Origin: Paraspadella gotoi
Taxonomy: Eukaryota; Animalia; Chaetognatha
DNA length: 9,559 bases
Assembly: GCA_051294375.1 (NCBI GenBank)
Contig: JBJCIZ010001295.1
Coordinates: forward strand, 1 to 9,559
Direction: 5' to 3'
Shown here: piece after piece, positions 1 to 7,470 of the stretch
How the letters are laid out: each line of letters starts with the position of its first letter
How positions within the stretch are numbered: the first letter of the stretch is position 1
Made by a program: the position numbers and the translations under genes
The notes under the pieces: generated by a model
Told to the model about the DNA's origin: nothing
What the model saw: only the letters and a program-made list of their open reading frames with translations
Databases searched by the model: none

Positions 1-599
1 AAAAGTCTGCTTATTTCTGGTGCATTTAACGTTTTATCTATTGAGAGTGAAGAAAGCTACCATAAAATTAAAGCAGAAAAGACAGAGAAGGAGAACATAA
101 AAACTAAAAGAGAGAAAATTTGTTTGTTTTGATAAAAAGATATGTAATAACTGTCCTCACCAATTTAACACCTCGATGATGTATTTGCAGACAGTATTCT
201 AACGTTTTTATCTTTGTTTCTTTGAAAAATATCGTTTTCCGGTGTTTTAGAAATTTTTTATCTCTTTTTACATTCGGGAAAAAAAAAGCGTTTCTCTTTA
301 GTTTTAAAGTTGGTTATTCTCTTTGGAAATATCGCTCTGCCGCCTTGTATTTAACGTTTTTTATCACTTTTTATTTTAGAAAAGTCGTTTAGTCGCGGTG
401 TTTTTTTTTTTATATTTTTTACATTTGGCGAAAAACAGTTTGCCGTTTTATTTTTGTAAAGTTTTTATTTCTTTTTACATTGAAAAAATCCGGTTTTTCT
501 GTTATTTTTAAAGTTTTCATATTTTTTACAGAGAAAAAAGTCGTTTTTCTGGTGTATGTTTAACGTTTTATCTTTTGAGAGTACGAGAAAGCCTACATA
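1..599. repeat. Degenerate AT-rich tandem repeat (satellite-like) host flank: ~52-bp subunits, possibly within a ~535-bp higher-order unit
   Basis: A motif approximating GAAAAAATCGTTTTTCCGGTGTATTTTAACGTTTTTATCTTTTTACATT recurs, starting at 224, 278, 326, 379, 430, 482 and 533 (spacing 48-54 bp). Positions 1-64 also align closely with 535-599. Confidence 0.75.
596..599 (+). other. Candidate left half of a 4-bp target-site duplication (CATA)
   Basis: These are the 4 nt directly before the TG of LTR-A. CsRn1-clade elements make 4-bp TSDs. The right-hand partner is outside the window. Confidence 0.4.
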
Positions 600-642
600 T
601 GCTAGCCTTCTCGAATCAAGATCATTCATTAAGCAATAATTA

Positions 643-719
643 CTCCGCTTCCAGGATTCGAACCCTGGGACTCGATATCTGGAGGCCTGAGCTCCAGAGC
701 TTGACGCCAGCCAGGCGGC
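643..719 (-). ncRNA. tRNA-like module with Pol III B box in LTR-A (antisense)
   Basis: Copy of 6863-6937 with two 1-nt insertions. GGTTCGAATCC and CTCCAGA are retained on the minus strand. Confidence 0.55.
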
Positions 720-1023
720 TGGACTTTTCCTAGATTCAATTCCTAATTATATAACTTTAAAAACAAGTCTATAATCTTTTGTTTCAACTGATTTATTATT
801 TCAACTGAAGTGTCCTGATTTGTTCAAATGCATTTGTTTTTAGACTGTTTACCTTTAAAGCTGTTAAACTTGAAATAAACAGTCTTGGTCTTGATTATTC
901 ATCTTGAAGTACAATTTGTTATCAATTAATTCATCTCGACTCGTGTTGACTACTCTCATCTAATGTTAATAACTACATTAAAGAGAATGAGATAAACTCT
1001 GCTCGATTTCATTTTATTAATCA

Positions 1024-1191
1024 CCAATCAAATGAAAACCAATCTACAATCAAATCGAATAACCAATCAATGTTTATGTTTATGCTTCAAAAACTAATAA
1101 TTAAAACAATTCTTATTAACGATCACGCTTCCCTGCCTTGACGTCCACAACGATATTTATCAATTGCTATCCGTCACTTAGTCACGTGACT
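1024..1191 (+). promoter_or_regulatory. Candidate Pol II motif cluster in LTR-A (CCAAT boxes, E-box palindrome)
   Basis: CCAAT at 1024 and 1063; AGTCACGTGACT at 1180-1191; same layout as LTR-B. Confidence 0.4.
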
Positions 1192-1253
1192 CTCCAGTTG
1201 CCACGACCCTTCGTCACGCATTGTGGCTGGCCTCCGGGTGGCATGCCATCACT

Positions 1254-1267
1254 TGGTGAGAACGACG
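1254..1267 (+). other. Primer-binding site of unit 1 (tRNA-Trp-like)
   Basis: TGGTGAGAACGACG begins 2 nt after the LTR end. TGG complements the tRNA CCA end; 11/14 match to the usual Trp PBS TGGTGACCCCGACG. Confidence 0.8.
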
Positions 1268-1442
1268 ACGAACAGGGCCGGCTTCAAGCGGGAACGACAA
1301 CGGATCATTTGATGTTCTCTCTGAGTGAGATTGGGAGAAAGATTCAGGATTAAGCTATTTGCACAATCGCTCACGCCATTTTTCCCTATCTATCCCTCAC
1401 GTTCCCCACGTTTCCCGGCAACGACCGGAGTAGAGAAACTCG

Positions 1443-2548
1443 ATGATGGGTCGGACCTTCGCTCCCGACTCCGTTCGCCAATACGGGGACGCCGACGACG
1501 CCGCAAGGTTGCAGCTTGCCATTCGGTGGTTTGGCAGGAGGCCACCGACTCACGATCGACATCGCCTGCTGTTCGCCGACGTGCCGCAGTATTCAGCTAC
1601 CAAAAACGTGACCGGAACGCAGAGCAACGACATTTGGCGACAGCGCGCCACTCCAAGGAACATTCAAGACGAGAATGACAGCTCGCGCCGCCCTCGCCCG
1701 CCGCTACACGAGCCCTCGAACGTGCGCTCAAATCGTTAAGCCGATCTTCCCGATTTCGATGTTTCAAATAATCGAAATTTGGATCAAGCGTGTAGAAGCG
1801 GCCCGTACACGCGAGCCGGCGTCACCACTCCAAAGAACAAATTCGCGCACCTCGAGTCGGAAAATTGGCATCAAAACGTCGACCCGACATCAACCAATAC
1901 TTATTCGGCGACGCTTATGAGGAATCAGGAGACAGTTCATAGGCATTACCTCAGAAAGGAATTATCGTCTCACAAGCGTCAACAAGCTTGCCAAATCGGC
2001 CGACACCCTTCGACGTCCCGACGCCGTCAAGCCTTCAAAGATGCCTCGCACAACTGAAGAGAAAGACCAAGACCCTCAGCTTAGATGACGTAGAGGAAAG
2101 GAAAAATCATTTCGCGAGATGCCATTAGAATTCGACGTCAGCTAGAAGACAAGCCGACGGACTGACAGCGCCACGAATTATGTCAACTCGCTGACAAATA
2201 CTTCGACAACGAAGGGCAAACTTGAAAAAGTTCGCCAAACGACATCCCTCGTCAGCACCCTAATACGTAGGAATCAGCGCGATCAACCGACAGCGATTCT
2301 GATGACGATGGAGACGATCAACCTGTCGATGCCCGCCCACGTAGCAGGGCTAACAACAAACGACGACCAAGCTCCAAATCAGAAGGGACGAAGGCTAAGC
2401 TAAGCTTGACAAACGTTGTGCGCCTAAGCATCATAAAATTTGCGACGTAGGCGTGGTCGTGGCGACCCGGGTGCGCAAAATATGGACGAGTACAAAAGAA
2501 AAACGGAAAAGAGAGGAAACGGAAAAAGCGGGGTCGACGACGCAGTGA
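1443..2548 (+). pseudogene. gag: gag of unit 1, broken by many small indels (probably sequencing error)
   Basis: Colinear at nucleotide level with intact gag 7643-8707. In-frame fragments appear in the ORF track (SDLRSRLRS, ADDAARLQL, ATPRNIQDEND, YTRAGVTTPKNKFAHLES). Confidence 0.85.
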
Positions 2549-3441
2549 ACGGCGTTCCCCCAAGCATCCCAATCACCGGCGTCAAAGGATCTTATCTTTA
2601 TTCGCGGACGCCGGGGGATTCGCACAAAAGTGGCTAGTGGACGGAGGTGCCTTGTTATCTATAGTTCCACCCACAAGAGAACAAGAAGTCGTTGAGTCGA
2701 TCAAAATGGTATGAACTCCAAGCCAGCAAACGGCTCAGCAATAGCATTGTCTATCCTTCGGAGCGCGTGGAGACAGAACTTTGCTTACAATTAGGGAAAT
2801 AGGAAATTTGAATATACTTTTGTCGTGGCAGATGTCAAACAAAAATATTCTTGGAGCCGATTTTCTTGGCAGAAAATTTTCTTGCCTCCCAATCACCGCG
2901 ACGGCCTATTAATTGATCTCCAAGACACCTCGACGATAGCGGCGTCGATTTCGAATGAATCAACAGCACCACGTCAACTTCGTAGATCGCAAGGGAGAAA
3001 AGTTCTACAAGCTCTGGAATCGTTCCCCTCTCTCTCGACACTACCCTTCGAATTGAAGGAACCAAAAACATGGCGTGACCCACTCGATTCCAACGAGGGG
3101 CGCCCATGTCAAGCTACGAGCTCGTCCGACTCGACCCAGGAAAAAAGCTCGCAGTGGCTAAGCGAGAGCTGGAGAAGATGCGTATCCTTAGGGATAGCCA
3201 AAAGGGGGGATAAGTCCGAATGGTCTGTCCCCAGCCCACGTAGTCTCCAAGCCGGACGGAAGCGTTGGACGATGTTGTGGAGACTATCGCCGCCTCAACG
3301 CACAAAACAGTCGACCGATAGATATCCAGTGAAACTTCCTTTTCCGACTTCAAAGTTCACAGCTGGAGGCAAGACGATTTTTCGAAAATCGACTTGCTCA
3401 AAGGCTATCACAAATACCTGTGAACGAAGGACGACAACGAC
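2514..3441 (+). pseudogene. pol: 5' part of pol of unit 1 (protease and RT N-terminus), frameshifted
   Basis: Colinear with 8677-9559. WLVDGGALLS is at 2631-2660; fragments PNHRDGLLIDLQD, ESFPSLS and DRYPVKL are visible. Confidence 0.85.
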
Positions 3442-6400
3442 GTGAAGAAGACCGCCGTTATCACACCTTTTGGACTGTATGTGTTCCCGAGATGCCCGTT
3501 CGGATTAAAAAACGCCGGGCAAGATTTCCAGCGTCTCATGGACGAAATCTTAGGCGACATTCCACATACTTTCGTATACCTAGATGATATTCTAGTGGCA
3601 TCGTCGTCGCCTGAAGAACATCTCCAAGACCTGGAACGCGTTTTCAAGGCACTCGATGCAAATGGACTAGTGGTGAATACCAAAAAGTGTCTGTTGGGCC
3701 AAGAGTCGCTAGAGTTCCTGGGATTTCTCGTCGATAAAAACGGCGTACGACCTCTTCCGGAGAGAATCAAAACTCTCCAGGAGACGACGAGACCAACGTC
3801 AATCAAGGAACTACAGCGTTTTCTTGGCATGATAAACTATTATCGTAGGTTTATCTCCAAGGTCGCCCATCGATGCGCGCCACTCTATGAGGCCCTTAGC
3901 GGGAAACCAAGGGCCCTAGAGTGGACGCCAGACTGTGAGAAAGCTTTCGAGGAGATCAAGGAGGGACTCATCTCTGCAGCGTTACTCCATCATCCGCGCA
4001 CGGGAGCCCAATTATGCATCACCACAGACGCGTCGGATCATGCAGTCGGGGCTGTGCTGGAACAGCGAGGGCCAAAGGGCTGGGAGCCATTGGCCTTCTT
4101 CTCCGCCAAACTTGCGAAAAATCAAAAGTTGTGGCCGCCTTTCGATCGCGAACTTTTCGGCGCCTTTCGAGCGGTCAGACACTTCCGCCACTGGGTGGAA
4201 GGGCGCGCCTTTACGTTGTATACGGATCACCAAAGTTTGGTCTCAGCCATCAGGAAGAAAACGGAACCTCAGACCGTAAGGCAAGCTTACCAACTTTCAG
4301 CGATAGCTGAATTTACTACAGACGTGCGTTACCTGAAAGGTAAGGCAAATGTAGTTGCCGATGCCTTATCACGACCGAATGCATCCCTAACGGCATCAGA
4401 AAAGGTTACCGACACAAAAAACGAGACCGAGACAATCAGAAAACAACTTCCAGCCACAAAAACAAGCCAAACGACACTTACCGGCATAACCGAGAGCGCA
4501 AAAGCGAAAAATTCGACATCGGCTATATTCGCTAGCCAAAAGACATCTACCGAAGCTACCTCGCCGCCCAATCGAGAGACAAAAACAATCCCAGTGACAG
4601 TAGTAAGCCAAACGACAGCTACCGCGCCGTCAGAGCCGACAAATCAGCCGGGAAACGAAATCCCAGCCAAATCAGCAGGCCAAAAGACAGCTACCGAATT
4701 TTCAGCGTCGAACCAAAGCGAAAAAACTCTGTCGAACGCGGAAAAGATCAACGAGAAGCTTGAGCGAGCTATCAAACCGAATCATCTCGAAGATATAAAC
4801 GCCGTCATCGCCTCTCTCACTCAATTCGAAATCGATTTTGAGCAAATGGCCCGTGAGCAGGCGCTGGACCCAGATTTTCGACAAATCGCTGAAGACGCTC
4901 GATCGGGATTGAACTTTCGAAAAATTAAAGTAGGCGATCAGGATTTACTCGCGGACATATCGAACGGCCCAGCTCGGCCGTTTGTCCCAGCTTCATGGCG
5001 ACGAAGAATTTTCGACGCTATTCATGGACTCGGCCATCCTGGAGTGGAGGCGACTCGCAAGGCAATCGCCGCCAAATTTGTATGGACGAGCATGCGACAA
5101 GACGTTTCCAACTGGGCTAGAAACTGCATCGACTGTCAACGAGCAAAAATTACTAAAAACGTAGTACCGGAAATCGGAGAATTCAAGGTACCATCCCGCC
5201 GTTTCCAGCATCTAAATATCGATTTAGTAAAGATGCCTAAGTCGAATGGGTTTTCACACTTATTGACAATAGTAGACAGGTTCTCGAGATGGCCGTCTGC
5301 CATACCGATTCGCGACACCCTCACTCCAACGATCATTGACGCCTTGAGTCTAAACTGGATTAGTACTTTTGGTACCCCAGCGATCATAACTACTGACAGG
5401 GGAAGTCAATTTACTTCAAACCTGTGGCGTCAGCTGACGAGGCAGTGGGGCATCAAATGCCAAACGACAACTGCCTACCACCCTCAATCGAACGGATTGG
5501 TGGAAAGGTTTCACCGACGTTTAAAAGAATCGATTATGGCATTAGCGAATATGGAAAGAGAGAAATGGTACTGGAAGTTACCAATGACACTATTAGCGAT
5601 AAGGACAACAGTGAAGGAAGATATCGGGGCCTCTGCAGCCGACCTCGTTTTCGGCGAAGGCATCGGCGTCCCCGGATCAATACTCAGTGACATTCAACTC
5701 GACGACAACGAGTTAAATAGACAGAGACGAAATCAACTATCCAAATTACGAGTCGAAGTGGCGCGATTACAGCCCACAGCAACATCTGCTCATCGTCAAC
5801 CAGCGATCCACCTCCCGACCAATCTCAACACGGCCAAATACGTCTTCATCAGACGCGCAGGAGTACAACCACCCCTCGTTCCTCCATATGAAGGACCTTA
5901 TCGCGTTGTACATCGAAAAGGAATCAACATAACCGTCGATATTCCAAGCGTAGGCCGCCAGACGGTCAACGTCGCCCGGATCAAACCGGCGTGGGTCAGC
6001 GACGACGACGAGCAGCTCGACGACCCCGAGGCATTCCCAGAGAGACGCCCAGGTCGCCGACCAGGACTCAGGACAAGACAAGCGGCGCCGACAACGAGAA
6101 CAACTCGAACAAGAAACCAGCGAGCAGAATCTCCTCCTCCTCCTCTTCCTCTTCCTTCTCCTCCTCCTCCCCCAACCACCTCGATTCCCCAAAATCAACC
6201 CCACCCTCCCCCAAACCACCCCCAATCCCCTTTATGTTTTTTCCTTCCAGCTTCACCTTCCTCCGGGCCTCCACGCAAACCGAGTCCAACGGCAAAAGGC
6301 GAAGAAAGGAATCACAACAACAACAACCTCGAAAATGGAGAAACTGAGCCAACGTGCCGATTTTCGAGGCCAAGACAAAGGGACTTCTCAAATAAACCTT

Positions 6401-6519
6401 TCAGCAGCTTTGACCGACCCACTTACGCCGTCGTGCTGAAAGAGATGATCCAACGACATCAAAAAGAAAACAACGACAAAAAGACAAAAAGCAAATTTCC
6501 CCCGTCGGAATTGGCCTAA
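3442..6519 (+). CDS. pol: Pol polyprotein of unit 1, intact 3' part: RT, RNase H, repeat linker, integrase, Pro-rich tail (the 3442 start is not the true start)
   Basis: RT: KTAVITPFGLY, PFGLKNA, YLDD (3577-3588). RNase H: TDAS, DREL, TDH, ADALSR. Integrase: HHCC (H 5023 to CIDC 5125-5136), D5221/D5395/E5503 with D-35-E spacing, GPY at 5893-5901. 1025 uninterrupted codons. Confidence 0.97.
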   Translation: MKKTAVITPFGLYVFPRCPFGLKNAGQDFQRLMDEILGDIPHTFVYLDDILVASSSPEEHLQDLERVFKALDANGLVVNTKKCLLGQESLEFLGFLVDKNGVRPLPERIKTLQETTRPTSIKELQRFLGMINYYRRFISKVAHRCAPLYEALSGKPRALEWTPDCEKAFEEIKEGLISAALLHHPRTGAQLCITTDASDHAVGAVLEQRGPKGWEPLAFFSAKLAKNQKLWPPFDRELFGAFRAVRHFRHWVEGRAFTLYTDHQSLVSAIRKKTEPQTVRQAYQLSAIAEFTTDVRYLKGKANVVADALSRPNASLTASEKVTDTKNETETIRKQLPATKTSQTTLTGITESAKAKNSTSAIFASQKTSTEATSPPNRETKTIPVTVVSQTTATAPSEPTNQPGNEIPAKSAGQKTATEFSASNQSEKTLSNAEKINEKLERAIKPNHLEDINAVIASLTQFEIDFEQMAREQALDPDFRQIAEDARSGLNFRKIKVGDQDLLADISNGPARPFVPASWRRRIFDAIHGLGHPGVEATRKAIAAKFVWTSMRQDVSNWARNCIDCQRAKITKNVVPEIGEFKVPSRRFQHLNIDLVKMPKSNGFSHLLTIVDRFSRWPSAIPIRDTLTPTIIDALSLNWISTFGTPAIITTDRGSQFTSNLWRQLTRQWGIKCQTTTAYHPQSNGLVERFHRRLKESIMALANMEREKWYWKLPMTLLAIRTTVKEDIGASAADLVFGEGIGVPGSILSDIQLDDNELNRQRRNQLSKLRVEVARLQPTATSAHRQPAIHLPTNLNTAKYVFIRRAGVQPPLVPPYEGPYRVVHRKGINITVDIPSVGRQTVNVARIKPAWVSDDDEQLDDPEAFPERRPGRRPGLRTRQAAPTTRTTRTRNQRAESPPPPLPLPSPPPPPTTSIPQNQPHPPPNHPQSPLCFFLPASPSSGPPRKPSPTAKGEERNHNNNNLENGETEPTCRFSRPRQRDFSNKPFSSFDRPTYAVVLKEMIQRHQKENNDKKTKSKFPPSELA
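4465..4749 (+). repeat. In-frame 69-72-bp (23-24 aa) degenerate tandem repeat in the RNase H-integrase linker
   Basis: Units begin (A/G)GCCAAA(C/A)GACA..TACCG at 4465, 4534, 4606 and 4678, encoding SQTTLT, SQKTST, SQTTAT and GQKTAT. Confidence 0.8.
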
Positions 6520-6522
6520 TCA

Positions 6523-6585
6523 ACTGCCGAAGCCAGTCTTTATCCATTTTCCTCCAGCAAGCATCCCGGCATTGGCTTCGACAGT
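6523..6585 (+). other. Stem-loop immediately after the pol stop codon
   Basis: ACTGCCGAAGCCAGT (6523-6537) pairs with ATTGGCTTCGACAGT (6571-6585): 13 Watson-Crick pairs, 1 G-U, 1 mismatch, 33-nt loop. Confidence 0.6.
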
Positions 6586-6811
6586 CGAAATCCCGTGTAC
6601 ATAGTTAATATTTCATGGTTTTTGAATTTTTGAATTTTTGGTTTTGCAAATTTTGCAAATTTTAGCAGTAAAGTTGGTCGAGTCTATTTTATAATTGATT
6701 TAACCCTTTATTGTAATATTTAAATTTATTATTTTCATCATTCTATTCAGGCACACAGTTGACGACAACATTTTAATTTTGTAATATATTTTTATTATTA
6801 TATATTCCAAC

Positions 6812-6820
6812 AGGGGGGGA
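6812..6820 (+). other. Polypurine tract (plus-strand primer)
   Basis: AGGGGGGGA directly abuts the TG of LTR-B. No such tract precedes LTR-A. Confidence 0.9.
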
Positions 6821-6862
6821 TGTAGCCTTCTCGAATCAAGATCATTCATTAAGGAATAATCA

Positions 6863-6937
6863 CTCCGCTTCCAGGATTCGAACCTGGGACTCGATATCTG
6901 GAGGCCTGAGCTCAGAGCTTGACGCCAGCCAGGCGGC
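6863..6937 (-). ncRNA. tRNA-like module with Pol III B box in LTR-B (antisense, degenerate, Trp-type anticodon loop)
   Basis: Minus strand reads GCCGCC TG GCTG GCGTCAAGCTCT GAGC T CAGGC CTCCAGA TATCG AGTC CCAGG TTCGAAT CCTGG AAGCGGA G. It has a perfect T-arm/B box, tRNA-like spacing (75 nt), partial D and acceptor stems, and a poorly paired anticodon stem. Confidence 0.6.
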
Positions 6938-7235
6938 TGACTTTTTCCTAGATCAATTCCTAATTTATTAACTTTAAAAACAAAGTCTAAATCTTTTGTT
7001 TTCAAATGATTTATTATTTCAACTGAAGATGTCCTGATTTGTTCAATGCATTTGTTTTTAGACTGTTTACCTTTAAAGCTGTTAAACTGAAATAAATTCA
7101 GTCTTGTCTTGTTATTCATCTTGAATACAATTTTATCAATTAATTCATCTCGACTCGTTTTACTACTTCATCTAATGTAATAACTACATTAAAGAAGATG
7201 AGATAAACTCTGCTCGATTTCATTTTTATTAATCA

Positions 7236-7398
7236 CCAATCAAATGAAACAATCTACAATCAAATCGAATTAACCAATCAATGTTTATGTTTATCTTCAA
7301 AACAATAATTAAAACAATTCGTTATTAACGATCACGCTTTCCCTGCCTTGACGTCACAACGATATTTATCATTGTATCCGTCACTTAGTCACGTGACT
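7236..7398 (+). promoter_or_regulatory. Candidate Pol II motif cluster in LTR-B: two CCAAT boxes, CRE, E-box/CLEAR-type palindrome
   Basis: CCAAT at 7236 and 7274; TGACGTCA at 7349-7356; AGTCACGTGACT at 7387-7398. Confidence 0.45.
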
Positions 7399-7456
7399 CT
7401 CCAGTTGCCACGACCCTTCGTCACGCTGTGGCTGGCCTCCGGGTGCATGCCACACT

Positions 7457-7470
7457 TGGTGAGAACGACG
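7457..7470 (+). other. Primer-binding site of unit 2 (tRNA-Trp-like)
   Basis: TGGTGAGAACGACG begins 2 nt after the terminal CA of LTR-B; identical to the unit 1 PBS. Confidence 0.85.

Larger units (their letters stand above)
600..1251 (+). repeat. LTR-A (5' LTR of unit 1), 652 bp
   Basis: Colinear with 6821-7454 over its full length. Starts TG(C)TAGCCTTCTCGAATCAAG and ends CATGCCA(T)CA. Differences are mostly 1-nt indels. Confidence 0.93.
600..7454 (+). mobile_element. Ty3/Gypsy LTR retrotransposon, CsRn1/Kabuki-like clade, unit 1 (full length: LTR-PBS-gag-pol-PPT-LTR)
   Basis: Two ~640-bp direct repeats with TG...CA ends, a PBS after the first, a PPT before the second, pol order PR-RT-RH-IN, and a CHCC-type gag (read from unit 2). 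Confidence 0.95.
6821..7454 (+). repeat. LTR-B, 634 bp, shared: 3' LTR of unit 1 and 5' LTR of unit 2
   Basis: TGTAGC...GCCACA termini (5/6 inverted repeat), preceded by a PPT and followed by a PBS. AATAAA at 7091-7096. Confidence 0.95.

Noticed and set aside
224-585. CRISPR array
   Set aside because: Units are degenerate along their whole length with no constant repeat plus unique spacer pattern, and the context is eukaryotic.
3442-3444. GTG start for the 1025-aa ORF
   Set aside because: It falls mid-RT (DDVKKTA). The true frame starts at the gag-pol frameshift and is interrupted upstream by indels.
1138-3445. Many short plus-strand ORFs (71-206 aa)
   Set aside because: They are frameshifted fragments of the unit 1 leader, gag and pol, as shown by alignment with unit 2.
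3408-6391. Antisense and alternative-frame ORFs inside pol, e.g. 5767-6225 (-), 5991-6347 (+), 6068-6391 (-)
   Set aside because: Shadows of the pol frame and low-complexity sequence with no recognisable domains.
5995-6519. Chromodomain at the integrase C-terminus
   Set aside because: No aromatic-cage or YLVKW-type motif; the region is low complexity.
6619-6663. Short duplications TTTTTGAA x2 and TTTTGCAAA x2
   Set aside because: Most simply slippage duplications in T-rich sequence; no further support for function.
6520-6820. env or extra sense ORF after pol
   Set aside because: Only about 300 nt of mostly T-rich sequence with no sense ORF.
6863-6937. Functional tRNA gene, or an element-encoded primer for its own PBS
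   Set aside because: The anticodon stem is unpaired and the D-loop lacks GG. Its 3' end (AAGCGGAG) is not complementary to the PBS TGGTGAGAACGACG.
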